A stretch of 64,000 bases of DNA from an uncultured Alphaproteobacteria bacterium (GTDB lineage: Bacteria > Pseudomonadota > Alphaproteobacteria > Rickettsiales > UBA1997), in contig CASELL010000006.1 of assembly GCA_949288805.1 (NCBI GenBank), positions 15,035 to 79,034 on the forward strand, read 5' to 3'. The translations under genes and the position numbers were made by a program. Below, one piece after another: positions 11,504 through 20,906 of the stretch (its first letter is position 1; each line of letters starts with the position of its first letter). The notes below the pieces were generated by a model that was not told the origin of the DNA, ran no database searches, and saw only the letters and a program-made list of their open reading frames with translations.

Positions 11504-12359
11504 ATAATTCCATATATTTTTTAATAATATCATTTTTACAAAATCCGGGTGTAATATGATTTGTATGTGCTAAATTATCATAATCTATTTTTAATAAATT
11601 ATCTAGCACAACATTATCTTTTGCTTTTATAAAATAAAATTGATCACTTGTATTGTTAATTTTTTCTTTTAAAAAGTTATAGTCCTTTTTGTAAAAAAGT
11701 TTTGTGTAATCTTTATATCCTTGTGCATAAATAACAAAGTCCCAATCATAATCAATATATTTTTTTGATATTTCTGTAGCATTGTGTCTATATAATTCAA
11801 AATCTTTATGTTTTGTTATTGATTTTTTAATTCTCAAATCAATATAATCAAAATTATTATTAAATAATGATGGTAAACTCCATATTTGAAAAACACTAGG
11901 ACAAGAATATTCTTCTTTATTAGGAAGTTCAAAAGAGTTTTTATCTAAAATTTCTTGATATATTAATTTTGCTTCTTTATTTACTTGTTTTTGAAAAGAA
12001 TATTTTAAAGCAGTTATTGGCATTATAAAAGCAACAACATAACTTTCAAATAAGGCTTTATTTAAAAACTTTAAAGCTAAATCTCCTTTATAACCAAAAG
12101 GTGGATTACCAATAGTAATATGATTACCTATTTTTATTTCTGTTTTTAAATAATCTGCTTTAATTATATTATTATTTTCTGGCAAAATATCATAAGCAAT
12201 AACATTAAAACCTAGATTTTTAAGATAATTGCTAATGTTTCCACAACCAGCACTTGGTTCAACATAATTTTTTATTTCAGGAAACATTTTTATAGTAATA
12301 TCTACTATCTTCTTTACACATTCTAGTTTTGTATAATATTTATCTAGATTTTTATCCAT
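11496..12359 (-). CDS. Amino (N6-A/N4-C) DNA methyltransferase
   Basis: DKYYT, VEPSAGCG (motif I), IGNPPFG (motif IV); probable ATG at 12359. Confidence 0.85.
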   Translation of the reverse strand: MDKNLDKYYTKLECVKKIVDITIKMFPEIKNYVEPSAGCGNISNYLKNLGFNVIAYDILPENNNIIKADYLKTEIKIGNHITIGNPPFGYKGDLALKFLNKALFESYVVAFIMPITALKYSFQKQVNKEAKLIYQEILDKNSFELPNKEEYSCPSVFQIWSLPSLFNNNFDYIDLRIKKSITKHKDFELYRHNATEISKKYIDYDWDFVIYAQGYKDYTKLFYKKDYNFLKEKINNTSDQFYFIKAKDNVVLDNLLKIDYDNLAHTNHITPGFCKNDIIKKYMELYG

Positions 12360-12388
12360 TAATAAAGTATTAAATGTATAAATAGATG

Positions 12389-12426
12389 TTAATATATATT
12401 TTATTTTTTTCAACTTGTTTTTATAT
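12389..12426. repeat. 38-bp direct repeat, right boundary; includes the ruvX stop codon
   Basis: Identical to 10577-10614. Confidence 0.9.
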
Positions 12427-12877
12427 TATTTAACACTTCCTGTAAAATTACCGAAGCAGCGACTTTATCAACAAGTTTTTTAGTTTTTTCAAAGCCATTA
12501 TTCATTTTATCAATTAAAATATCTTCAGCATCAAAAGATGTCAAAAACTCATTACTAAAATATATAGGTAAATTAACAATTTCATCTAGTTTATTTATAA
12601 ATGTTTTTATATAATTACAATTTTTAATTTCTTCTTCATTAATATTTAATGGTAATCCAGAAACAATAGCACAAACATCATTTTCTACTATATATTTTTT
12701 TAATATTTCTATATCTTTAATTGTAGATTTTCTGCTAATTGTAAACTTTGCTGTTGCTATGTTTTTGTCCCTATCAGAAAGAGCAATGCCTATTGTTTTT
12801 CTCCCAACATCAAGCCCTATAATTCTTTTGTTTTTAATAATATTTTTTTTAAAATCTTCAATATTATTGTATATCAT
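12410..12877 (-). CDS. ruvX: YqgF/RuvX RNase H-like nuclease
   Basis: IIGLDVGRKTIGIALSD, SGLPLN, NEFLTS, VDKVAASVILQ. Confidence 0.9.
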   Translation of the reverse strand: MIYNNIEDFKKNIIKNKRIIGLDVGRKTIGIALSDRDKNIATAKFTISRKSTIKDIEILKKYIVENDVCAIVSGLPLNINEEEIKNCNYIKTFINKLDEIVNLPIYFSNEFLTSFDAEDILIDKMNNGFEKTKKLVDKVAASVILQEVLNNIKTS

Positions 12878-13391
12878 TTTTTTTATTTAAAAAGAAATCG
12901 TTTATTAAATAAATAACTACACCTATACAAACAGCACTATCTGCTATATTAAAAGCAGGCCAATGTAAAGTTTTTATATGAAAATCTAAAAAATCAATAA
13001 CTGCTCCATACATAGCTCTATCTACCAAATTACCAATTGCTCCACCTATTATAAAAGCAAAAGCTATTAAATTAATATTATTTTTAGTTTTAAATAATAA
13101 ATAAATTAAAAAAGCAGTAATAGCAGATATTATTACAAATAAAATATTTTTCATAAAAAACAAATTACTAAATATACCAAAGCTAATACCATTATTATAA
13201 ACTAAAACTATATTAAAAAAACTTGTTTTTTTTACATGAGTATGAACCCCATTAGTTTTTTCTATAATATCACCTATAAAATGTAAAGCCCATTGTTTAG
13301 TAATTTGATCAATAATAATTATTAAAATAATTAAAAATAAAGATATTAGTAACATTTTTTTATCTTTAAAAAAATCTAAAAATTTTTTCAT
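12864..13391 (-). CDS. lspA: Lipoprotein signal peptidase
   Basis: DQITK, NNGISFG, GNLVDR, VIDFL, WPAFNIAD. Confidence 0.96.
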   Translation of the reverse strand: MKKFLDFFKDKKMLLISLFLIILIIIIDQITKQWALHFIGDIIEKTNGVHTHVKKTSFFNIVLVYNNGISFGIFSNLFFMKNILFVIISAITAFLIYLLFKTKNNINLIAFAFIIGGAIGNLVDRAMYGAVIDFLDFHIKTLHWPAFNIADSAVCIGVVIYLINDFFLNKKNDIQ

Positions 13392-14743
13392 TTTTGCTCC
13401 TTAATTGGTATTATTAATTCAACATTCAAACCACCAAGACTTGAAGTTTTAAAAAACATTTTACCTTTATGTATGTTAACTATATTTTGAACTATAGAAA
13501 GCCCTAATCCCATATTTTTAGAATTATCTTTACTTAATTTATAATATGGTATTTTTACTTTATTTAAAAATTCTTTTGATATTCCACAACCATCATCTTC
13601 AACATTAACAATCATATTAGTAAGGTTTGTTTTTACTGTAATGTTTATATTCTTTTTGTAATATTTTAAGGAGTTGTTTATTAAATTATTTATACATCTT
13701 TTAAAGGAATCTTCTTTAATATAAATATATTCTTTTTTAAGATTATAATTAATTAAAACATTATAATTACTTCTTTTATAATCGTTTATTATAGAATCAA
13801 AAAAAGATTGTATATTAACTTTTTTAAATTTATCTTCGCTTTCTCCTTTAGCAAACAACAAATATTCATCAATCATCTTTTCCATTTCTTCTAGATCTTG
13901 TTTAAAAAAATTTTTCATGCTTTCATCATCAACAAATTCTAATTGTAATTTCATTCTTGTTAAAGGAGTTCTTAAATCATGAGATATTTGTGCCAACATA
14001 GTTGTTCTATTGTTTATAAGTTGTTTCATTTTATGAACAACATTAACAAAAGCACTTCCCATTTCTCTAATTTCTTTTGCCCCAGTTGGTTTAAAATTAG
14101 TATTGTCTTTTTCTAAATAAGAAAAATCATTAGCAAAATTTTTCAATTTTTCTATCGATCTTAATTGATTTTTTAAAAATATTAAAGATATACCACTAAT
14201 AGTAAAAAAAGCAAAAAGATTCCAAAATATAATTAAATCAACTCTTTTTATAAATATTCTATCTCTCTTAATTTCAAAACTTAAAACTCCATTGTCCTTT
14301 TCTATATCAACAACATAGTAATTTTCATCTTTTTTATAAAAACCAACATCACCAAAATTTAAAACATATAATTCGTTTTTTAATTGTTTTATTGGATTAA
14401 AAAATAAATATCTATTTCCATCATAATTTATTGTCTTTTTTATTTTTTTATCTTTTGTAAAATATATTTTAACATTAGAAAATATATTTAATTCGTTTAT
14501 TATTTTATTATTAACCTGTTTATTTTCTAAAACAAAACTGTCAAATCTATTGTTCAAAATAAATATTTCAGTAACCAATATATCAACATTTTGCTTTGAT
14601 GTATTAGCCCAATATCTATTAAAAAATATATAAAAAAATACCAATTGCATTAATAACATCGGCATTAAAACTATTAGCAAGAATCTATAAAAAATGCTTT
14701 TTGGTAAATTATCTCTAAAAAATTTATTAATCTTTCTAAACAT
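13388..14743 (-). CDS. EnvZ-like membrane sensor histidine kinase
   Basis: Two TM helices, HAMP, SHDLRTPLTR H-box, N-box, DDGCG, GLGLSIV. Confidence 0.88.
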   Translation of the reverse strand: MFRKINKFFRDNLPKSIFYRFLLIVLMPMLLMQLVFFYIFFNRYWANTSKQNVDILVTEIFILNNRFDSFVLENKQVNNKIINELNIFSNVKIYFTKDKKIKKTINYDGNRYLFFNPIKQLKNELYVLNFGDVGFYKKDENYYVVDIEKDNGVLSFEIKRDRIFIKRVDLIIFWNLFAFFTISGISLIFLKNQLRSIEKLKNFANDFSYLEKDNTNFKPTGAKEIREMGSAFVNVVHKMKQLINNRTTMLAQISHDLRTPLTRMKLQLEFVDDESMKNFFKQDLEEMEKMIDEYLLFAKGESEDKFKKVNIQSFFDSIINDYKRSNYNVLINYNLKKEYIYIKEDSFKRCINNLINNSLKYYKKNINITVKTNLTNMIVNVEDDGCGISKEFLNKVKIPYYKLSKDNSKNMGLGLSIVQNIVNIHKGKMFFKTSSLGGLNVELIIPIKEQK

Positions 14744-14744
14744 A

Positions 14745-15440
14745 TTAAAAATCTAATTCAGAATAATATTTTGATGGTTTAAATCCAGGTATTTTTTCAT
14801 AAAGAATATTTCTAAATCCTTTTTTAGATTTTACAGTTATATACCAGTCCTTAAGTTTTTTATATTTATTCCAATCAATATAGCCTAAATAGTCAATTAT
14901 AGATATTTGAGCAACTGCAGCAATATCTGCTATAGTGAAAAAATCACAGGCCAACCATTTTCTTTTTGATAATAAATATTCCATATAATTAGCATGTTTA
15001 TTAAAATTATTCACTGCAATATCTATCTTAAGAGAATTTGTGTTATTTTTTCCATTAACATAATTTAAAAATATTTCATCTATAAAATATTTTGTTATTT
15101 CATTATAAAATTTTTTATCAAACCACATATGTAATCTTTGTATTTCGTACTTAGATAATAGAGAGTTTCCTAAAAAATCAAAATAACCAAGTTCTTCACT
15201 TTTATGTTCAAAATCATTTATATAATTACATATCAAAAAACTATCAACAATAATTTGATTTGTTTCAATATTTTTCAATACTGGTGTTTCGCAAGCCTGA
15301 TTTAAAGATATAAAATCTGGTTTTCTCAACCAATATTTAGTTTCTGTCAATTGATAGTCAATACCCATCTCTTCCAAGAAAAATCGCACTTTTCTTGAAA
15401 ACGGACAAAAATTACAAGAATATAGGGTATATTTACTCAT
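14745..15440 (-). CDS. fzlA: GST-family protein, probable FtsZ-binding FzlA
   Basis: CPFSRKVR, WFDKKFYNE, C-terminal KSKKGFR...YSELDF as in alphaproteobacterial FzlA. Confidence 0.72.
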   Translation of the reverse strand: MSKYTLYSCNFCPFSRKVRFFLEEMGIDYQLTETKYWLRKPDFISLNQACETPVLKNIETNQIIVDSFLICNYINDFEHKSEELGYFDFLGNSLLSKYEIQRLHMWFDKKFYNEITKYFIDEIFLNYVNGKNNTNSLKIDIAVNNFNKHANYMEYLLSKRKWLACDFFTIADIAAVAQISIIDYLGYIDWNKYKKLKDWYITVKSKKGFRNILYEKIPGFKPSKYYSELDF

Positions 15441-15578
15441 TTTAACAAACCAATATTAACATTTATATATTAAAATAAAAAATAAAATAATCTATATTTT
15501 TTTTTTATATTATAAAATTATTGAAAAATTAAAAACTAGTTTTTATCATATAAAATGGTTAATAATTAAAATAAATAA

Positions 15579-16514
15579 ATGAAAATAAGTTTTATAGGTT
15601 CAGGAAGTGTTACATGTAGCACTGCCTTTATGTTAGGAATTAAAAATATTTGTAATGAAATAGTTTTATTAGATATAAATGAAAACTTCGCAAAAGGTAA
15701 AGCAATTGATTTACAACAAGGTTTTATAATGACCGGAAACAATATAAATGTTATAGGAACTAGTAGTTATGAATATGTTAAAAATTCCGATGTTATAGTA
15801 ATAACTGCCGGTGTTGCTGATAAAAGTGGTAAATCAAACAGAGAAGAATTATTAGGCATTAATAAAGGTATTATAGAACAAATAGCAACAAGTTTAAAAG
15901 AAGTAATACCAACAGATGAAAAACAACCATTAATAATAATGGTAACAAATCCTCTTGATATTATATTAAAACATTTTATAGATTTTGGTGGTTTTAATAA
16001 GAAAAAAACAATAGGTTCTGGAAATTGGTTAGATACTGCTAGATTCAAATATTATTTATCTAAAAACTTAAATGTACCATTTAACAATATTAGTACAATT
16101 ACTATGGGTCAACATGGTGCTAAAATGGTTTATTTATTAACACAAACAAATATTAATGGACAACCATTGTTAGAATATATTAAAGAAAAAAATATATCAA
16201 TAGACAAAATAAAAGATATATGTGAACAAGCAACTGCTGGTTCTAATGAAATTATATCTTTATTAGCAAAAGAAGGAACAATTTTTGGCCCAGCTGTATC
16301 AATACACGATATAATTAAATCATATATTAAAAATGAAGATAAATTACTTATAGTTTCTGTTTATTGTCATGGAGAATATGGAGTAAAAGATCTATGTATT
16401 GGTTGTCCTGTTATGTTTAATGGTAATGGTATAAAATACATAATAGAATACAATATAAATAAAGAAGAAAAAAATTATTTGAAGGGCTCGGTTGATTTTA
16501 TAAAAAGTTTCTAG
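15579..16514 (+). CDS. LDH/MDH-family 2-hydroxyacid dehydrogenase
   Basis: IGSGSV Rossmann motif, VITAG, VTNPLD, LDTARF, GQHG. Confidence 0.88.
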   Translation: MKISFIGSGSVTCSTAFMLGIKNICNEIVLLDINENFAKGKAIDLQQGFIMTGNNINVIGTSSYEYVKNSDVIVITAGVADKSGKSNREELLGINKGIIEQIATSLKEVIPTDEKQPLIIMVTNPLDIILKHFIDFGGFNKKKTIGSGNWLDTARFKYYLSKNLNVPFNNISTITMGQHGAKMVYLLTQTNINGQPLLEYIKEKNISIDKIKDICEQATAGSNEIISLLAKEGTIFGPAVSIHDIIKSYIKNEDKLLIVSVYCHGEYGVKDLCIGCPVMFNGNGIKYIIEYNINKEEKNYLKGSVDFIKSF

Positions 16515-16537
16515 TATTTATAATTTTTATTATATTT

Positions 16538-16566
16538 AGACTATTCTTTATAGAATAGTCTTTTTT
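16538..16566 (+). terminator. Intrinsic terminator
   Basis: AGACTATTCT-TTAT-AGAATAGTCT followed by a T run. Confidence 0.7.
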
Positions 16567-16679
16567 ATATAATTTAATATTTTAATATTTTATTTTATTT
16601 ATAATTAAATTGTTATTTCTTTTATTTTTAAGTAAGTTGTTGTATAAATGTATCAGATAGGAGAATAAATGGAGCTACT

Positions 16680-16853
16680 ATGAATACTACTAATATTAAT
16701 AAAACACAAGAATCAAAATTAGATAAAAATACAAAAAAAAACAACTCAAAAAAAAAAGAAGAATTAGATAATTTTTTATTATCTTTATTAAAAATAGAAG
16801 ACGAACTAAACAATACGATTAATAAAAATACCGATAAAACTAAAGGTCGCTAA
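16680..16853 (+). CDS. Small charged hypothetical protein (57 aa, not in the ORF track)
   Basis: GGAG at 16671, ATG at 16680; MNTTNINKTQESKLDKNTKKNNSKKKEELDNFLLSLLKIEDELNNTINKNTDKTKGR. Confidence 0.45.
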   Translation: MNTTNINKTQESKLDKNTKKNNSKKKEELDNFLLSLLKIEDELNNTINKNTDKTKGR

Positions 16854-17583
16854 AATTGAAGCTATTTGCATCAAAAAGATTGTCTAAGTTGAAGTCGGTT
16901 GTTTGATTATTTATAGAATTCATTAACAGTTCTTCTTCGTTCCTATATTTTCCATCTATTACTTTGTTTTCTGATGCTACAAAGGTTTGATTTGGTGATA
17001 GTTTAAACAAGAATTCTATTTGATTATTTTCGTTCACCTTATATTCATTTTCTGTTATTTTATTTGCAGAGTTAATATATGACCATTTAGTTTTATTAAC
17101 TCTTAACAGAATAGTAGCTTCATTATTATTTATTTTTTGTACAACAAATTCGTTATTTTCGTCATTATTTGTTTTATTTGTTATTTTTTTATCATTTATC
17201 CATATGGACCAAAAATTATTAGATAAAAATATTATAGATTTTAAATAAATATTTCCAATATCATTCGAAAAACCACCATCTTCTTCTATTTCTCCGACAA
17301 TATTACTACTTGTTATGTTTTGTTTATTTATATTTATATCAAGAGCTTTTTTAATAATAGATATAATAGAATCTCCAAGCATAAAACTTTTAAAATTTTT
17401 ATAATAATCATCACTAATTGGAGTTAAAAATATTTCTTCTTTATTAACAAGATTGTCTTTAATCCTATTTACAGGATTATTTACAGGAATATCTGGTCCA
17501 CTTATTTGTGGTTGATTATTATTAGCAATAGAACTATTTATAAAAAAAATAAAAAAAATAAAAATGAAATATTTATTAATCAT
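16840..17583 (-). CDS. Exported protein, possible PilP/GspC-like pilus assembly factor
   Basis: Signal peptide, IYLKSIIFLSNNFWSIWIND, LSPNQTF; last gene of a PilM/N/O-like operon. Confidence 0.45.
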   Translation of the reverse strand: MINKYFIFIFFIFFINSSIANNNQPQISGPDIPVNNPVNRIKDNLVNKEEIFLTPISDDYYKNFKSFMLGDSIISIIKKALDININKQNITSSNIVGEIEEDGGFSNDIGNIYLKSIIFLSNNFWSIWINDKKITNKTNNDENNEFVVQKINNNEATILLRVNKTKWSYINSANKITENEYKVNENNQIEFLFKLSPNQTFVASENKVIDGKYRNEEELLMNSINNQTTDFNLDNLFDANSFNFSDL

Positions 17584-17585
17584 AG

Positions 17586-18236
17586 TTATTTACCAGAAAA
17601 TTCAAACCATTGTATTTTTATGTTTACAGAAAAAAGGCCATTATTATCAAACCCATTATTCATTAAAGATTGTATAAAATCCTTGTTTATATTTTTTATT
17701 CGTCTAATCTCAAATTTTTCAATAACAAAAAATATATCTTTATTTTTAAATAAATCATCAAAAAAATGATATGCATCGTATTCTGTTAAACAATCAAAAG
17801 ATATAGTTATTTCTGTATTAAAGACAGAAACAACAGCCCTAGAAACATATGATATATCTGTTGGTATTGAAAAAGACATATTAAGGTTGCTTATCGGATA
17901 TCTAGCAACAATATCTGTAATTAATTTTTTTATATATTCTATGTCTATTCCGTCTTTTTCTTTTTGTTTTTCTGTAATTACATTATTCCAAGTATCAATA
18001 TATCTTTTTGTTAACATAGCCCTTCTTTCTATGTCGTTCATTTTAGACCTAACTTCATTTATATCTTTTAGTATTTTATCTAACTCTTTTCCTTTTTGAT
18101 TGTTGTGTTTCATAGCTGTATTCATTAAAAAATAAGAAAAAGAAAACAATAAAATTATCATTAAAGATATTTTTACTATTTTTGTAAATAATATAATTTT
18201 TTTTGTTCTCTTTTTATCTTGGTTGTTTTTTTTCAT
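17586..18236 (-). CDS. PilO-like bitopic membrane protein
   Basis: TM, coiled coil, then ferredoxin-like C-terminal pattern (ITISFDCLTEYDAYHFF...IEKFEIRR). Confidence 0.5.
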   Translation of the reverse strand: MKKNNQDKKRTKKIILFTKIVKISLMIILLFSFSYFLMNTAMKHNNQKGKELDKILKDINEVRSKMNDIERRAMLTKRYIDTWNNVITEKQKEKDGIDIEYIKKLITDIVARYPISNLNMSFSIPTDISYVSRAVVSVFNTEITISFDCLTEYDAYHFFDDLFKNKDIFFVIEKFEIRRIKNINKDFIQSLMNNGFDNNGLFSVNIKIQWFEFSGK

Positions 18237-19739
18237 TTATTTCTCCGAAAAAGTTACTTTTATTGGAAAAGTAAAATAGTTTGTATTAAAGTTAATATTT
18301 TTTGGTAAATCAGATAAAACTATATTATATTTTGTCATACTTGTTTTTAATGTATTATTAATGTTTTCATATATTTTAAAAAGATCATCAATTTTTCCAC
18401 TCTTATTCATTATAACAACATCCAACAATATAACATTTTTATAGCTGTATGTTAAGTTATTTTTTAATAAATTATTTATTCTAAAATTAATATTGGTAAC
18501 AATTAATTCTCCATTTGGAAATAATTTTGAAAAATCAATTAAAAAAGCAAATGGGTTTTTGTTTACCATTTTAACATCTGAATAAAAAGAAGTTATGTCA
18601 ACAATTTCATCTATATTTAAAACATCGCTTCCAAACTCTTCTTTTTTTTTATTGTCTAAATCTTTTACAACTTTTTCATAGTTTTTCTTTGCTTCTTCTA
18701 TTTTATATGTGTATTTTGTAAAAGCTAAAAATGAATAAAAAAATGAAAATATTAAAAACAAAAAAACAACAAATCTAAACTTACCAAATATATTTCCAAT
18801 AAAAGATAAAAATACAAGCTGTTTCATATCTTTGGTAGAAAAACTTATTGTTTTTTTAGAAAACATTATCATTTCTTCAAATAATATGTCACCAAATTCT
18901 ATAAACTTCTCTATCTTCTTCTTCAAACCAAATAATACAGAAAAGTCTAAAAAAGAAAAGCTTTTAATTTTATATTTATCTTTAGTATCAAGATTATTCA
19001 TAAAATTTTTAAAAGCATTACTTGTTATCGTATATATATTTAAATCTTTAGAATCAAAATCTGTATAAAATCTTTTTAAATAATCTATATTTCTTGATAT
19101 GTTTTCATTAAATTGTGTATTAAATTTTTCTTGATTTTCTAAGTTCTGTGTTAAAATTCTAGTAAAAGACAATTTATTGTTTATAAAAGTAATTTCCCTA
19201 AATCCGCTAACTCTATTCTCAATTAAAACAATATCTAGAGATAGTTGTTCTTTTTTTATATTTAATTTTCTTTTAATTTTTTTTAATATTCCTTCTGTTT
19301 CAAGTGGCAACATATAAATGCCAGCTAATATATTATCTGCCTTGTTATTTATAATATCCAACCATATAGACATAACTTCATCTATTGGAGAGGAAATAAA
19401 CATATATTCCCAATTTCTTGTTTTTTTGTTTCTACCTAAAAACCTTTTATCTTTTAAATCATCTTTTGGTATTTCATAATTAAATTTTCTTTTAACAAGA
19501 CTTTGTAAATCAAAAAAACCAACATCTGGAAAAATTTTTTTATTATAATTTTGACCAACATTGTCCAATATAAAATAAATTGGAACTTTTTTATGCTTTT
19601 TAAATAAATCTATAACCTTATTTTGTATTTCTGTATCTGTTATATCTTCAATAACAAAGTTTTCTAGTATTTTACTTTTAGTATTTAATAAAACTATTGA
19701 TCCATTGCTACCTATACTAATAGTGAAAAACTTGGACAT
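18237..19739 (-). CDS. PilM-PilN/GspL-like fusion protein
   Basis: Cytoplasmic actin-like-sized domain (GFREITF...LSFTR), single TM, coiled coil and periplasmic domain. Confidence 0.5.
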   Translation of the reverse strand: MSKFFTISIGSNGSIVLLNTKSKILENFVIEDITDTEIQNKVIDLFKKHKKVPIYFILDNVGQNYNKKIFPDVGFFDLQSLVKRKFNYEIPKDDLKDKRFLGRNKKTRNWEYMFISSPIDEVMSIWLDIINNKADNILAGIYMLPLETEGILKKIKRKLNIKKEQLSLDIVLIENRVSGFREITFINNKLSFTRILTQNLENQEKFNTQFNENISRNIDYLKRFYTDFDSKDLNIYTITSNAFKNFMNNLDTKDKYKIKSFSFLDFSVLFGLKKKIEKFIEFGDILFEEMIMFSKKTISFSTKDMKQLVFLSFIGNIFGKFRFVVFLFLIFSFFYSFLAFTKYTYKIEEAKKNYEKVVKDLDNKKKEEFGSDVLNIDEIVDITSFYSDVKMVNKNPFAFLIDFSKLFPNGELIVTNINFRINNLLKNNLTYSYKNVILLDVVIMNKSGKIDDLFKIYENINNTLKTSMTKYNIVLSDLPKNINFNTNYFTFPIKVTFSEK

Positions 19740-19794
19740 ACTAAAAACTTATTTATATAATAACATAATAAAACAATATTTTTTTATTTCAATA

Positions 19795-19870
19795 TGGTGC
19801 CATTAACTGGACTTGAACCGGCGACCTACACATTACCAATGTGTTGCTCTACCAACTGAGCTATAATGGC
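19795..19870 (-). tRNA. tRNA-Thr(GGT)
   Basis: Cloverleaf with ACACA-TTGGTAA-TGTGT anticodon arm and encoded CCA. Confidence 0.95.
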
Positions 19871-19912
19871 ACTAAATAAAATATATTTTAATATTATTAA
19901 ATGTCAATATTT

Positions 19913-20596
19913 TTATATATCAAAAACATCAGCAGAATAAAATTTTTTTTCTTCTTTTTTTGTTTTTAAAATCAAAGCTCCATCTTCATTAATTGTATCA
20001 AAAATACCAATATATTCAACATTATCAATTTTTACTTTAATTTCTTCATTTATTTTATAAGCAAAGTTTAACCATTCGTTTTTTATAATATTAAAACCAA
20101 AATTATTTATATTGTTTTGCAAATTTTCAAAATTTTTAATAAAATTATTTATAAAAATATCTTTATTTAATTCAAATCCTTCATTTAATAAACTCGTTGC
20201 CTTAAAATTTGTATTATCTGGAAAAAAATCTATATTTATACCTATACCAACAACTAAAATATTATCATTTTTTTCTAATAACATACCACAAAATTTTTTT
20301 TCATTTAAAAGAACATCATTTGGCCATTTTAAATTTAATTTTATATTATCTTTAAAAATATCTTTTATTGCTTTTAAAACACATAAACTACTAATAAACG
20401 AATAATAATTTATATATTTATCTACTTCTATATTAAAAGCAAAGTATAAATTGTTTGATCTTTTTGAAGTCCAAACTCTATTATCTTTACCTCTACCTTT
20501 TGTTTGTTCTTTGGCAGTTAAAAATGTATTTAATGGATATTTTTTTATTTCATCCATTAAAGTTTCAACAGAATCTAAATTAATAATATTAAACAT
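19913..20596 (-). CDS. birA: Biotin-protein ligase without HTH domain
   Basis: AKEQTKGRGK, LKWPNDVLL, KKFCGMLLE, GIGIN. Confidence 0.93.
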   Translation of the reverse strand: MFNIINLDSVETLMDEIKKYPLNTFLTAKEQTKGRGKDNRVWTSKRSNNLYFAFNIEVDKYINYYSFISSLCVLKAIKDIFKDNIKLNLKWPNDVLLNEKKFCGMLLEKNDNILVVGIGINIDFFPDNTNFKATSLLNEGFELNKDIFINNFIKNFENLQNNINNFGFNIIKNEWLNFAYKINEEIKVKIDNVEYIGIFDTINEDGALILKTKKEEKKFYSADVFDI

Positions 20597-20619
20597 ATTT
20601 ATTTTATTTTATTATTATA

Positions 20620-20880
20620 TAGTTTGTTAATTTGTTAATATCTTATTTTTTAACAAGTTATTATAAAAGTTATTAACAAGTAAAATGTATAATTAAATAT
20701 TAATAAATCAATATTTTTTTAAAGTTATTAACAGTCTGTTAATAACTTATTAATTTTTATTAACTTGTTAATAAACATATTAAAAATATAGTTATATTTG
20801 TTAATAACTTATTAAAAATAATTTATTAACAACAAAAATAACAACTTATTAACAGAGTTATTAACAAGTTTATTAACAAA
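20620..20880. other. Candidate oriC: cluster of TTATTAACA DnaA-box-like 9-mers
   Basis: Nine exact copies in both orientations plus several near matches in about 260 bp of intergenic DNA. Confidence 0.65.
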
Positions 20881-20906
20881 GATTTTTAATTGATATATTA
20901 ATTATA

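Larger units (their letters stand above)
10577..12426. mobile_element. Inserted putative restriction-modification cassette with long target duplication
   Basis: Two genes between ruvX and serS bounded by perfect 38-bp direct repeats. Confidence 0.7.

Noticed and set aside
16628-16813. 61-aa minus-strand ORF in the track
   Set aside because: It looks like the antisense shadow of the + strand ORF at 16680-16853, which has a ribosome-binding site.
20620-20880. Repeat cluster as a CRISPR array or CtrA sites
   Set aside because: The units are 9-mers in both orientations with no spacers and no cas genes. The tandem pitch gives TTAA-N8-TTAA, not the CtrA TTAA-N7-TTAA.
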